NCBI GenBank assembly: GCA_008369845.1 | Contig: MRSU01007699.1 | Location: forward strand, 1 to 53,405 | Source: Trichomonas gallinae | Lineage: Eukaryota | DNA length: 53,405 bases | Direction of reading: 5' to 3' | Translations under genes and position numbers: made by a program | Shown: piece after piece, positions 1 through 13,201 of the stretch | Layout of the letters: each line of letters begins with the position of its first letter | Position numbering within the stretch: the stretch's first letter is position 1 | The notes under the pieces: model-generated | Database searches by the model: none | Told to the model about the DNA's origin: nothing | The model's input: only the letters and a program-made list of their open reading frames with translations

Positions 1-691
1 CGAGAAAAACGCTGATTTCGATTAACCTTAAAAATGAAATTCTGAAGTTTACGAGTGGGCGTAACTGCACCCTTAATATTTTATTTTGACAGTTTACATC
101 GTTTTATTTTTGAATTCGCCTCCTGCATAAACTCCATTAAGGTATCCATACAAATTAATGGATACAATTTTGAGGAGGTAGTCAGGTATCTGGCCATTGA
201 GATTGCTTCACCATTCAGCTCCTGCGTATTTATTATTTTTGACTGTTTTGTGTGCGAAAAAGAGAGATGAAAAGTAACAATTGTAAAGTAAGTCTAGTCA
301 ACATAACAATAAGCAGGAAAAAAGCCAAAATCGATTTTTTATTTTCATCATACTTCATTTAACTAAGATAATGACGAATCCTTAGTTATATAACAAAACA
401 TCCGTCAACATCTTCGCTAAAACAGAAAAGTTTTCTAATAAGTCTCGATTTGAACTACGGAGCACCATAAATGCTACCATTCTGGTGCAAATTCTCCAGT
501 GGCATGCTATAATGGAGAGTTTACACTCGAATGGAACCATTTATGGTGCTCTCCTACTACATCAGTTTTTGTCTAAGCTGCATGATGCATCATAGAGTCG
601 TCTCTGACGAATATAAGATGCATTTATGACTAGCTTTGCCGAAAAATCACTCTAACCTTGACAAAACATAAAATCGACAGATTCATACTAA

Positions 692-1558
692 AATCTACAT
701 GACAATATCAAATCTATCAAGGAAATTATTCTGTCAAAACCGGCTTTTGACTTCAATCAGAAGCTATTCAAAAAATCTCTCATTGAAAACTGCTGCTTCT
801 GTGGTGCAGTCGAGTGTTTCAAATTTTTGAGGTGCAGTGATATTGAAATCACTAAAGAATATCTTGATTACAGCATAGTTGGCAGAAATCGATGTATTAT
901 CAACGAATGCCTTCAGGAGTTCAAACCAGATACAGAGACAATGGAAAAAGCCATTATTACTCATAACTTCGATATGGTAGTTTCATTCTCGCAGATGTAT
1001 GTAATTGAAATTGATGTTAAGTATGCAGCTGAATGTTTTGATATTCTATTATTTTTCTACATGGTGTCAACTTGCAGAAACTTCGGCAAATTAATATTGT
1101 ATGTATTTTATTTCCAAAATAAAAAACTTATTAAATATATTATAAGATTAGGTGTAAATATCGAAGCAGTAGACAAAGATGGCAAAACTCCATTATTTTG
1201 TGCTGCATGGCATAATAGCGTTGAAGCCATTGCAAAACTGGTAGAACTTGGTGCAAATATTGAAGCAAAGGACAAATATGGCATTAACTTGTTGGTATTA
1301 AGCAAACATAATAGTAATAAACAATCTTTTAAACTATTTATCGAATTTATGACAATACTACTGTTTATTGTACCACAAGATCTTTGGAAATCTCTTATGG
1401 ATTATGTGAAAACTCAAAAATATAATTGTGATTGTCAGTTTTTTTCAATAGTATACATATCGTTTACATTAATTTCTTTCTTGACTAAAATTTTTCTTGA
1501 TGGAGGTTTTGACTTTAGAAGATTTCTACTCTATCACACAAAACCTCATCAATCCTGA
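692..1558 (+). pseudogene. Degenerate DUF3447/ankyrin-repeat gene (Trichomonas expanded family)
   Basis: The frame is open from 692, just after TAA at 689-691, and has no ATG before the domain. It reads NLHDNIKSIKEII..SLIENCCFCGAVECFKFLR..INECLQEFKPD..MEKAIITHNFD, which is the DUF3447 pattern. About 1.5 ankyrin repeats follow (GVNIEAVDKDGKTPLFCAAWHNSVEAIAKLVELGANIEAKDKYG) before the frame decays and overlaps the next gene. Confidence 0.75.
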
Positions 1559-4175
1559 GTTTCCACAAGAAAATGTGCCTAAACTTTATCATGAGTTGCT
1601 CTCAAGGCCTAATTTGGTCTTGATTGTGCTACAATTATATATTAACTCAGCAGAATCGCCTCCTCAAGACTCAAAAGTATTATTAACGATCTTAGATTCA
1701 TGCATGAGGCGCATTTTACGTCCAGAAAATTTCAAATTAATCTTCGATAATAATAAATTATTTTTATTGCAGCAAGGTTTTATTGATTTATCATTAAATT
1801 ACTTTAGAATTTCATATAGGTACATATGGAATATATTACGCTTAGTTAATATGTTCACAGAAAATCTCGATATTTTTTCACCAATTTATGAACAGCTAAA
1901 ATCATCAGACAATATATATGACAAATACAAACTCATAATATTGCATACAATTTTCTTTAAAGTTAATCCAAATCAGGAATCATATTCGGAACTTTATAAT
2001 ATCATCACCCAACTATACAATTCGAGTTTGCTAACAGATGATAACCATAATTTTTTTCGTTTGAAAGTCGTTTCAAAGGTTTTCAAATCTTTTATTTTAC
2101 ATATCAATTCATTTATCGCATTTTTTATTCAACCAGATTCATCATTAATAGATTTAAGCATACAAATTATTCACGATATCATAGAACTAAAAATAACATG
2201 TAAACCAGCAATCAAATTAATTCGATCAATTTTAAGTTTTATTATACGGTTGTTTACAGCACAAAATTTGAAGGATGAGACTGAGCTGTATGCACGAATA
2301 TCTACTGCATTTTTAGACCCATTACTCCAATTAATTATTTATTTAGAAGAAAATTGTTTCACGGAGGCTGTAGATGAAGTTCAAATTGCATTAAACCTAA
2401 TTCACTCTTGCATATTCCCATGCATTGACTACAGTGAGTACTTAGAAATTTATCTGCAGTGTGTGCAAAATTCATGCATCATTCCTGATATAGCAAATTA
2501 CGAAAATGATGCAAACACATATTTCCCTTATCTTTTCGACGAAATGTCAATAACTTCTGACAACACCAATGAAGACATGAGAACTTCAGCATCAAAGATT
2601 TTCTATAAAATCGTTAAAAATAATGAATCAGAGAGAATTAATATTATTATTAATATCTTCCAAAACGGAATAAATCCACAAAACACTTTTTTGTTTGCCT
2701 ATTATATCCAAAAAATTATCAAAAAACACGAGCGGCTGCCTGAAGAAGAAGTCAACCAATTGGGAGAAATAGCCAACGAAATAATCTCATTAAATGCAGA
2801 AGATGATATGCTAATGTTTTTGTCACAAATTGTAGTTTATTCGATTACACCATATTTCGGAAACAGCGAATTTCCAAGTGATTTATTAGAGACCCACATG
2901 CAGCAGATACAAAAAGCAAGGAATCACTACATAGAGAGCAATCCAAATGATTTGAGTAAAACGGCAATTGTCGCGAATTGTCCTTGCGTTAGCGTTTGCG
3001 TTTTAACTCTATTTTTCAGGTTTGTTCGCAACACATTATTGTGTGGAATGGACGCTTTCAGCAATGAGGAGACATTGCAATTGATCAATGAGTACAGATC
3101 AGTCGCATTGCTTGCATCAGATTCATTGGCTTACGCGGAAGTTTCAAAGAAAATCGGCGACGTTTCTATGAAATATTTCTCTGAGCAAGTTGAACCTATT
3201 TATGAAAAAATCATGGCCATTGTTGCGGAAGTCCAAAGACTTGAAGAAGAAGACGATGAAGACTTCGACGTTGATGTCTTTTCTGACCAAATTTCTGAAC
3301 TGTCGAACGAGCTTCGTAATATTTGCGAAGGAACTGTTAACCTTCTTGATGCCAACGAATTCCTCAATCACCACTTTGAATACGTACAGCAGCTTGATGA
3401 GTTGGACATGGATTACAGAGAGTTTGCATTGATTGCATCAATTTTCCTGAAAAATCCTGCTGCTATCCCTGCTGTTATGATATTCACGATCAAATCTTTA
3501 TCATTACAATGCAGGAATACATTGTTTGTCTCTCAACTATTAGCTGATGCATTACCATATCTATGGGATAATCCAGAATCGATTTTTGTTGACAATATCG
3601 CTCAAGAATTAATGAATCAGTTGCTGTGTCATTTCACTTTTAGAAGCAAGTTCATAAAACAAGGTCCGAACGGTCAGGAAATAACAATTGTTTCTCTCAG
3701 TGACAAATCATATCTTGAAGGTTCAGATTTAGAACCAGTTGCAATTCTATTTTCATTGATAATCGAGAGATATCCTGGCGACAACGATTTCTCGCAAGTC
3801 ATTAATGCTTTATGCAAAGCATTTTCATCAGACTTTGACCCAGATGTAAAGAATGCATTCATATGCCTTGTTATATTCAGCGCTGTTCGCCGCTATGATT
3901 TTATTCCTCCCCCGCAAGTGTTGGACGCCTTGATTGAGAATTCTACAACAGGATACTATAAAAGCAACTTCACAAGAGTCCTTGCTGGAACTGCACTGCA
4001 GAGGCTTGCTCAAATACAGCTACACAGACAAGCTGACTGCATGGGAGCTGGAACAGCAATACTTCAAAATGCAATTGAAATCAATAGCATGTACGACTAC
4101 TGGATGACCTTCCCAGACTATCACCTACTTATACCAGAAGGAGTTACCATCGAATTTACTCCTTCTGAAGAATAG
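1500..4175 (+). CDS. HEAT/ARM-repeat protein, possibly a divergent importin-beta family member (importin-7/Cse1-like)
   Basis: 891-aa helical ORF from ATG 1500. YENDANTYFPYLFDE...DMRTSASKIFYKIV resembles the 'E-D-P-x-x-Y ... R-x-A-A' segment of importin-7/Cse1, and there is an acidic loop (EEEDDEDFD). The family call is tentative. Confidence 0.5.
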   Translation: MEVLTLEDFYSITQNLINPEFPQENVPKLYHELLSRPNLVLIVLQLYINSAESPPQDSKVLLTILDSCMRRILRPENFKLIFDNNKLFLLQQGFIDLSLNYFRISYRYIWNILRLVNMFTENLDIFSPIYEQLKSSDNIYDKYKLIILHTIFFKVNPNQESYSELYNIITQLYNSSLLTDDNHNFFRLKVVSKVFKSFILHINSFIAFFIQPDSSLIDLSIQIIHDIIELKITCKPAIKLIRSILSFIIRLFTAQNLKDETELYARISTAFLDPLLQLIIYLEENCFTEAVDEVQIALNLIHSCIFPCIDYSEYLEIYLQCVQNSCIIPDIANYENDANTYFPYLFDEMSITSDNTNEDMRTSASKIFYKIVKNNESERINIIINIFQNGINPQNTFLFAYYIQKIIKKHERLPEEEVNQLGEIANEIISLNAEDDMLMFLSQIVVYSITPYFGNSEFPSDLLETHMQQIQKARNHYIESNPNDLSKTAIVANCPCVSVCVLTLFFRFVRNTLLCGMDAFSNEETLQLINEYRSVALLASDSLAYAEVSKKIGDVSMKYFSEQVEPIYEKIMAIVAEVQRLEEEDDEDFDVDVFSDQISELSNELRNICEGTVNLLDANEFLNHHFEYVQQLDELDMDYREFALIASIFLKNPAAIPAVMIFTIKSLSLQCRNTLFVSQLLADALPYLWDNPESIFVDNIAQELMNQLLCHFTFRSKFIKQGPNGQEITIVSLSDKSYLEGSDLEPVAILFSLIIERYPGDNDFSQVINALCKAFSSDFDPDVKNAFICLVIFSAVRRYDFIPPPQVLDALIENSTTGYYKSNFTRVLAGTALQRLAQIQLHRQADCMGAGTAILQNAIEINSMYDYWMTFPDYHLLIPEGVTIEFTPSEE

Positions 4176-4640
4176 ATTATTGAATATATTAAATTTATTT
4201 TTTTCATATTATTATATTATCAAGTCAACCTCATTACTCATGAAATAAAGAAACTCATACAACAAAATGTTAAAATTTCTTCAGATATTTAAAAGTGATA
4301 AAAAATATAATGGAATTGCTTTATGTATTCAGGATAGAGGTTATTTATCGCCAATTATTCAATAGTTTTGATTATGGGCCTTAGAATTACAGTTTTTATG
4401 TTCATTGATTAATTTTGCCAATCATTTTCGAAATTTTCCCTACAATTTAGATAAAGCACATGGAAATAAGTATATAACACAACTTTAAAATCAAATTAAA
4501 AAATGTCGGTGTTGTGAAATAGAAACGTGACATTAAAACTGACAAATGGCATCTTGACAAAATGGAAAAAGACTCAATTTTCGGGTATTTTAGAGCATAG
4601 TAACCCAATTTCCAAAAGAAATTCGAATAGCGAATTCTTA

Positions 4641-4648
4641 AAAGTGAC
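4641..4648 (+). promoter_or_regulatory. Trichomonas core-promoter motif M2 (AAAGTGAC)
   Basis: Exact AAAGTGAC ending 13 nt upstream of ATG 4662. Confidence 0.6.
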
Positions 4649-4661
4649 ATTATTAAATAAA

Positions 4662-5201
4662 ATGCCTGCTCGCTATAGTTTAACTTCCGCCGGCAGCCTT
4701 CGTCGTAAAATGAACGAAACTTTAATCAGTGAGTTCGGACAGCAGAAATACTATCAAGCACAGCTTCTTAAGTACATTATTGGCATTTCCAAAATTTTCC
4801 ATGCTACAGCTTTGATGTACATGTACATCAGACCAGTCCCATGGACAGAGAAGTACACCGTCAATTTGATTTTATGCATTACAGCCACTCTTACCTACGC
4901 TATTCAATACGGTATCTCGATCGTTTGGTGGAGGAACTACTACGCAACATTCTATCGTGAATCCACACCAAATCAAAACCTCATCGTTTGCACCCACACT
5001 CCATGGTACACAGGCAAATACCACATCAGAATCTATCTCAAACCTTCTACAACATTCTTCCAGAGACTCGGCAAACCGCTCGTAGATGAAACACTCGAAT
5101 TCTCTGACTACTTCACAGAAAGTGGCTACTTCCTTGAGCCAAAATTCAGATCTCAAGTTACTAAATTGTTCAATGCTGCTCTTTATGCTAAGAACAAATA
5201 A
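4662..5201 (+). CDS. Signal peptidase complex subunit 2 (SPC25/SPCS2)-like
   Basis: 179 aa from ATG 4662 (MPARYSLT...). It has two central hydrophobic segments with YIRPVP (cf. DYxHPFP), then TPWYTGKYHIRI (cf. KRFDDKYTL) and FSDYFTESGYFL (cf. KFFDxxGxL), matching the SPCS2 layout. Confidence 0.65.
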   Translation: MPARYSLTSAGSLRRKMNETLISEFGQQKYYQAQLLKYIIGISKIFHATALMYMYIRPVPWTEKYTVNLILCITATLTYAIQYGISIVWWRNYYATFYRESTPNQNLIVCTHTPWYTGKYHIRIYLKPSTTFFQRLGKPLVDETLEFSDYFTESGYFLEPKFRSQVTKLFNAALYAKNK

Positions 5202-5979
5202 GGCGGCTAGTAATTCCTTTATTATTACTAAACAGATAATATATTTCTAATTATTTAAAGATTTATATTTATTTTATTTTTAAATCGTAAAGCTCCCATC
5301 TTATTAATCACAAAATATGTTGATGGTCAAATGAAAAACCTATTTTATGAGTATTGTCCTAGTAAATCAATGAATTTTAATATCGTGGAATTAATATTAA
5401 TGGTAATGAATTGATTTAACCTCATTATTATCTACTTTATATAAATTAGCAATCGAAATAATATATATTATTCACCAAAATTGAAACAAATTGTAATTTT
5501 AACAATATAATCTGCTTTATTATAAAGTGAAACAAAATCACATCATTAATTGTATGTAAAAATAGATTATGAATCATTTCATAGCTGTATTATTGCTAAT
5601 AAAGATATATTTTGATCGAATATTTTCAATTTCACCAATTTTATTGCTTTATTCGACATGATATATGCTAACATTCATATAAGATGATGTTAAATATATT
5701 TTTTATATTCATAAGGCCTAATATCATTATTTTGAAAATTCATTATTAATTTTTCGGTGATATTTTTAAAACGATGGTAGATAAATATTAGTATGGAATA
5801 TTTTAGCCTGAAAATATAATCAAAATCAATAAAAACACAAATTTAATTTCGAAATCTAGAAAAAGCCAATATTTTTTGATTCCAAAGACAAATTATAGAT
5901 AAATATACAATGCAAAGCTTAAATCACAAGTTTATTTCAATTTATCCTAAAATCTTTCCGACCATTCTCTATACAATAA

Positions 5980-7311
<1,332 letters not shown>

Positions 7312-8034
7312 ATTTATTATTTTTATTGTATTTTATTAACTTAAATATCCCAAAGCTAGCGATATATGATAGTCTTTAAGCTAAAGCGATTTTTTGCAAA
7401 TTTTAATATTTAGAAAATATAAATAAGTGGATTGAGGGATCAATTCGCCTAAAATCCGAGTATAATATGAGAGTGTTAGCTAGTTCTGGCAAGTTTAGCA
7501 TCTTATTGGACCCTTGATGAATTCATTTTGATCGCAATTTTATTTTCCTCCGAATGGTTATTAAATTTTTCGAATAGTTTGACTGCATAATCTCGAAATA
7601 TTCTGCTGCTTCCCACAAATAGAGGTCTTGACCATATTTTTGAATTTTATTGGCAGAGAATGATATGATTTTGCATCGAACAGCTTATATCAAGGTATCT
7701 AAACCGAATAGCGAAGAGATACTAAGGTCATTCCCTTCACGCGCAGTTCCAATTAAATTCTGACAACTAATTAAAATGACATCACTTTTGTTCCTTACTT
7801 TTTATAAGGAACAAAATAGAAACTACTTTTCATTATTATAACAAAGTTTGAAAATGAAAAACGTGACAATAATTAGATACGATTACTTTCGTCCTATATT
7901 TTGAATGCATTAATTTTAACATCAAAAAAACAGATAAAAAATCCATTTTATTTTTTAAAAGAAAAATACAGCTGCCTTTGACTTTCATAATGCGTAATCA
8001 TTACGAAAATTTAAATAATATTTTTGTTTCGTTC

Positions 8035-8287
8035 GTCACTTTTTACAATTTTTTTGAATTCGTCACTTTTAGCAAAATTATTTTTATTTTATTTGTTGTG
8101 TTTTATAATTTTCAAATTTGTAATTTTGTCACTTTTATATTTTTAAAGTTTTACAATATTTTTATGTTTCATTTATTGCTTTTAATAATTTTATTTTTCA
8201 AATTTGCCACTTTTATATTTTTCAATTTTTAAAATATTTTTGTATTATTGATCATTTTTGGGATGTCTTTGCAACTCTGTCACTTTT
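8035..8287 (-). repeat. Array of M2-type motifs (AAAAGTGAC on the minus strand)
   Basis: GTCACTTTT at 8035, 8062, 8128 and 8279, and GCCACTTTT at 8206, in a T-rich tract ending about 30 nt before ATG 8320. Confidence 0.75.
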
Positions 8288-8319
8288 TACGATATTTTTT
8301 TACAAAAAAATTTTTTTAA

Positions 8320-10290
8320 ATGGGAAGTGGAATAAGTGCAACAACTGTTTCTGTTATTGCTGCAGGTGAGCCAGATTCACCATTCTCCATCCGCAGATGC
8401 CCTGGATATGAAAAGGGAACATATCAGAATCCCCCAGGACTTCAAACAATGCAAGATTTAGAACTTTATGCGTTCAAAACATTCCCAGACAACGCATCTT
8501 TAGGCTACAGAAAATGCATTGACGGAAAGTATGAGAAACAATTCACTTTCATGACATTCAGAGAATGCGAAGAAATTGCTAGAGCTCTCGGTGCCGGCTT
8601 TTATCAAATCGGCCTCAAAGATAAAGAATTCTTCGGTATTTATTCCGAAAACAGGATGGAATGGGGCCACGCAATTGATGTATCAGCTTTATTCGGCTTC
8701 TGCCTCGTTTCACTTTATGATACATTCGGATTGCAAAACTTGGGCTACCTTATTGGCCACTCAAAGATGGAAACTTTAATTGTTTCGGAAAAAAGCACAT
8801 CAAATTTAGTTAAAGTCCTTTCATCCAACAAATACAACCTCAAGCGCCTCATTGTCATCACAGCTGACGATAACACGAAAGTTTTGTCAGAACTGAAACA
8901 GTTTGGACTTGATGTCTACACATTCAACCAAGTTGTCGAGTTAGGACGCAAACATCCAGTCGCCAATCTCCCAAAGGTCGACCCAGAAGACCCACACTAC
9001 ATCTGCTACTCATCAGGAACAACAGGAACACCAAAGGGTGTTATCGTTTCGCATAGATCACAGACAAGCAACACACTTAACTGCGCAGATGGCCTTGATT
9101 TCCGCACAGATGAGCGCCACTTGTCTTATTTGCCACTTCCACACGTTTTCGAGAGAATCGGATATTCAGTTACACACTACGTCGGCGGAAGAATCGGATT
9201 CTTCTCCGGCAACGTCCGCATGCTTACAGACGATATGGAAACGCTCAAGCCAACACATCTTTCCGCTGTTCCACGTGTTATCACAAGAATTTACGACGTT
9301 GTCATGAAGAAACTCCAGTCAAGCTCAGGTGTTAAGCGTGGATTCTTCTGGGGCGCTTGGTACTGGAAGAGATTCTGGGTTACAAGAGGCTACCAGACAC
9401 CATTGGCTGATCAATTAGTTTTCAACCAGATCAAGGCATCAACAGGCGGCTGCATCAGATCATTCATCGTCGGTGGCGCTGCCATGGACCCATTCGTCCA
9501 CGAATTCATCCAGGTTGCCTTAGGAACACCAATGCGTGTCGGTTACGGCCTTTCTGAGATTGGTGCAGGCAACATTGTCAATCCATTATCAGTCAGACAC
9601 TCCAGACCAGGCACAGTCGGCGGCCCAATGTGCAACTGTGAAGTTAGGCTCGAACCAATTTCAGATTATGACGATCCACTCGCTGGCGAGATCCTTATGG
9701 GTGGCCAGTGCCTCTGCAGTGGTTACTTGTACGATGAAGAGGCCACAGAAAGACTCTTCTGCAACAAGGAGAGAACATGGCTCCACACAGGAGACATCGG
9801 CAAGTGGGACAAGTACGGATACTTGATGGTCATCGACAGAATGCGCTCAATCTTCAAGCTCTCGCAGGGTGAATACGTCGCTGCTGATTTGATTTCAGAA
9901 ATCTACCAGTCAGTTCACCTTGTCGATCAGATCTTCATCTATGGTGACTCAACACGCTCATTCCTCGTTGCCATTGTTGTTCCAAACAAGGAGGAAACAG
10001 CCAAGTTCTTCAATATCACTGATATGTCTGATGAGCAGTACGTCAAGATCTGTACAGAGAACAACAAGGAGCTCAGAGAGAAAATCAGAGCCGATCTCGA
10101 TGAAGTTGCAACAGCCAAGAAATTACCAGGCTTCAACAAAGTCAGAGCAATCTCACTCGAACACGAGCCATGGACAGTCACCAACGACTTGATGACCCCA
10201 ACATTCAAGCTCAAGAGGAAGAAACTCTCAGTCAAGTATCAGACTGAAATCGAGAAACTTTACTCGGAAACTGTAATTCCATCTAACTAA
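8320..10290 (+). CDS. Long-chain fatty acyl-CoA synthetase (AMP-binding enzyme)
   Basis: Motifs YSSGTTGTPKGV, SYLPLPHVFER, GYGLSE, WLHTGDIG, IDRMRSIFKLSQGEYVA and MTPTFKLKR. N-terminal MGSGIS is a likely myristoylation site. Confidence 0.95.
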   Translation: MGSGISATTVSVIAAGEPDSPFSIRRCPGYEKGTYQNPPGLQTMQDLELYAFKTFPDNASLGYRKCIDGKYEKQFTFMTFRECEEIARALGAGFYQIGLKDKEFFGIYSENRMEWGHAIDVSALFGFCLVSLYDTFGLQNLGYLIGHSKMETLIVSEKSTSNLVKVLSSNKYNLKRLIVITADDNTKVLSELKQFGLDVYTFNQVVELGRKHPVANLPKVDPEDPHYICYSSGTTGTPKGVIVSHRSQTSNTLNCADGLDFRTDERHLSYLPLPHVFERIGYSVTHYVGGRIGFFSGNVRMLTDDMETLKPTHLSAVPRVITRIYDVVMKKLQSSSGVKRGFFWGAWYWKRFWVTRGYQTPLADQLVFNQIKASTGGCIRSFIVGGAAMDPFVHEFIQVALGTPMRVGYGLSEIGAGNIVNPLSVRHSRPGTVGGPMCNCEVRLEPISDYDDPLAGEILMGGQCLCSGYLYDEEATERLFCNKERTWLHTGDIGKWDKYGYLMVIDRMRSIFKLSQGEYVAADLISEIYQSVHLVDQIFIYGDSTRSFLVAIVVPNKEETAKFFNITDMSDEQYVKICTENNKELREKIRADLDEVATAKKLPGFNKVRAISLEHEPWTVTNDLMTPTFKLKRKKLSVKYQTEIEKLYSETVIPSN

Positions 10291-10704
10291 GAATGATCTT
10301 TATATAAATAAACAATGAATTTTGCTAATCTTTTCTCATTCAAATCATTTATTTACTTTATATCAAATTCAAATTAATGAAATTAAACTATTTTATCACA
10401 AATTATTGTTTAAAAATTAATTCACTCATTCTATATATTACAAATTTATCTTTAAAAACATAAGAAAATGCGATTTATTCATCGAAATTTTTTATTCAAT
10501 GAATTACAGATTGATCATTCTAGTTTTGGCTATAGCTCAATGAGTAAATATAATAAAATAGTTCAAAATGCTTTGATTCGATTGTTTTAATTGAAATTTA
10601 TGAATTAATTTAAAAACACAAAACTTTTACAGATTTAGATAGATAACAAAATGTAGATTATATATCTTCAATGATATAAAAATCTGGAAACGTGACATAA
10701 AAAT

Positions 10705-11391
10705 ATGGATTTTGATGCTCTTCTGATGAGATATAGGGTTCCACGGGAAGCCCTTCAGTTTAAGAAGAGGTTCACGAGGGATGACACACCACCAAAAAGG
10801 ACAAAATTAGTCGCTTCTAGATATATCTCGCCAAAAAGAAAAGAATACGAACGAGAAAATGATAAAGATGACTTTCCTTTTGACATAAAACTACCATGGG
10901 CCATATTTTTCCTTCATATAAGCGAATTATCTCAATGGGCTACAGATCGAATTGATAAATTAATTGAATTATATCAAAAACAGTTAGAATTGCTACCATA
11001 CGTTATAAATGCAAACAAAGTCGCGTATAATAATGCAAAATTTATAGATAAAAGAAGGCAAATTTATTATTGTTATCTTCTTTCTCTTATTAACGGCACT
11101 CCTGTTATTTCTCTGTCATACTTCAATGATATAGTAGCACTGACAAAGCTATGGCGCAATCGCGAAGAAAAATGGGTGCAAGAAAATCTAAAATATCCGA
11201 TACAATGCTGCTGCTGTGAAGGATGCTTCAATTGGGCGTTGTATGGATCTAAATATTGCTTTTGGCACATATTAAAAGATGAAAAACAGCAATTATTTGA
11301 AAAATGTCCAAGATGCAATGGTCCTGTTATGATAGGCGGAAAAGACTTTTGTCGTGCGCACAAAGTAGCTAGAACGCATAAACCAATATAG
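10705..11391 (+). CDS. zf-C3Hc3H domain protein (KANSL2/INO80D-like)
   Basis: The C-terminal C..EGC.NWALYGSKYCFWHILKDEKQQLFEKC..C.GPV.....FCRAH segment matches the KANSL2/INO80D double zinc-finger pattern. Confidence 0.7.
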   Translation: MDFDALLMRYRVPREALQFKKRFTRDDTPPKRTKLVASRYISPKRKEYERENDKDDFPFDIKLPWAIFFLHISELSQWATDRIDKLIELYQKQLELLPYVINANKVAYNNAKFIDKRRQIYYCYLLSLINGTPVISLSYFNDIVALTKLWRNREEKWVQENLKYPIQCCCCEGCFNWALYGSKYCFWHILKDEKQQLFEKCPRCNGPVMIGGKDFCRAHKVARTHKPI

Positions 11392-11855
11392 ATTGTTTGT
11401 AATTAAAATATTATTTTTGGAAAAATTTTAACATTTCATTGATTTAAAATACCTCGAGTAGCATTGATTTACATCTTCTGTGGTTATGTGGGAACATTTT
11501 TTATCTAATTTTCATTTTTTGAATTAATATTTAAAGACAGGCTGCTTTTTTATTGGAACTATATTTTTAAATATATCTCTGTATATAAATTAGTGGCAAT
11601 CATATAACTATTATAGATATGTAAGGTATATACTATAGTATATATATCATAGTGTTTGATTCTGTGTCATCTGCTAACCATCCTAATAAATGCCAAATGA
11701 TTTATCCTATATAGAGGCGAATATATCAATAAAGAAAATTCCATACATACTTATGTGCATGAAAACCATTATTAATCAAATATTCGCTTTGAATCCATTT
11801 GGATATAGATTACTTTTGAAATGCAATATTTCTTTAGGAATTGGATTATTTATTT

Positions 11856-13201
11856 TCATATAAGTATTATTACGAAAACTTGGAGATTGAGAATATTATT
11901 AAACAAGTTGTGCATTTGATTGCATGTTTTGCACTTTATATCACATTCACTTTGTTTATAAGATGAAAGATTGTAAACAAAGTAAATTCCAGTGAGCAGT
12001 GGACATTCTTGGAATGCATTATTCTCGATTGTGATTTTGTTTGATATGTTTGCATCAGCAATAATTTTGTCTAATCTAGGCATATTTTTAAATGCAGCTG
12101 TTCTTATTGTAATACATTGCTTAATATTACCGTAAAATGTTAATGTGTTCAAATTTGGGCACTCCATGAATGCATTATTTTGAATTTCACGTAAATTTAT
12201 TGGCAGTTCTAATGATGTTCCATGATATCGAGAAAACATTTTTGTAGTAATTATTGTTAAATCGCTTGGTAATATCATACCTGAATATGTTCCTTCGAAT
12301 GAAGAATAACCATAAGTCTTACATTTGTCAATAATTATTTTTGGAACTCTGCAATAAGAAAAGCCGTAACTTTCAATATTTGAAACACTGCTTGGGACTA
12401 TGATATTATTTGTATAATTGGCATTATAAAATGCAAAGCTTGCTATTACTTTAGTTGATGGATGAAAATTGATTTCTTTTTCATATATAAATGGGGACCA
12501 AAAAAACTTTGCGAAGTCATATGAATACAAACATGACTCATATAATTTATAGTTTTTGTTTGATTCATGTAATTTGATCTTTTTCAACGAAGGGACTTCA
12601 GCAAAGCTTCCCCATGTTGCCGTCAGATTTTCAGGAAGAAAAATTTCTTCAATATTGGTAAGTCTAATACAAGAAGGGCCAATATTTTTTAATTGACTGT
12701 TCTCATTGATAATAAAGGATTTTAAATTTGTACATTTTTCGAATGGACCATGATAGTAAAAAGGATTATCATAGTATCCAGAAATAGTTTTAACAGAAGA
12801 AGGAATGGAAACTTCGTTAGATAAAATGCTGCTATATCTATTGATTGGAGCGTTTCAGGAAAAATGATTGACGAGAGAGAACTTTCAGCGAATGTTGCAA
12901 TGCTAATTAATTGCAATTTGGGACAGTTTGATAAATCAACACTCATTAATTTTGAAAATCTGTAGAAGGTACCAATGCCTAGTGATATTATATTACTTCC
13001 AATTGGGAAAATGATTTGCTCGAGTATATTTCGCAGATTCGATAGAATTTGATCTTTAATAGCATAATTTACAGCGACGGAATCTTTTATCTTTTCGACA
13101 TTTGCTGGGATTTCGAGTATATTCGTTTCTGTAACGCCAGTAATGACTTTATTATCATCAGACTCATACGTTATATCGTATGATATCAACCATAATATCA
13201 G
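11856..13201 (-). pseudogene. BspA-like (TpLRR) surface protein, disrupted
   Basis: TpLRR repeats (IPANVEKI, FPETLQSIDIAAF, VPSSVSNIESYGFSYC, LPINLREIQNNAFMECPNL). A frameshift near 12810-12815 joins the two ORFs (..AAFYLTK / VSIPSSVKTISG..FEKCTNLKSF.., open to 11856). The putative start reads CTG (13199-13201) after an A-run. AAAGTGAC lies at 13220-13227 on the minus strand. Confidence 0.8.

Noticed and set aside
695..705. CTACATGACAA as another motif copy
   Set aside because: It is a single copy inside the DUF3447 reading frame (LHDN) and probably coincidental.
7430..7765. Moderately GC-richer intergenic patch, possible ncRNA or gene remnant
   Set aside because: I found no convincing ORF, tRNA fold or correctly spaced snoRNA boxes, so it cannot be assigned.
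7978..8232. 84-aa Phe-rich ORF
   Set aside because: It is a translation of the T-rich GTCACTTTT repeat tract and starts at a non-ATG codon.
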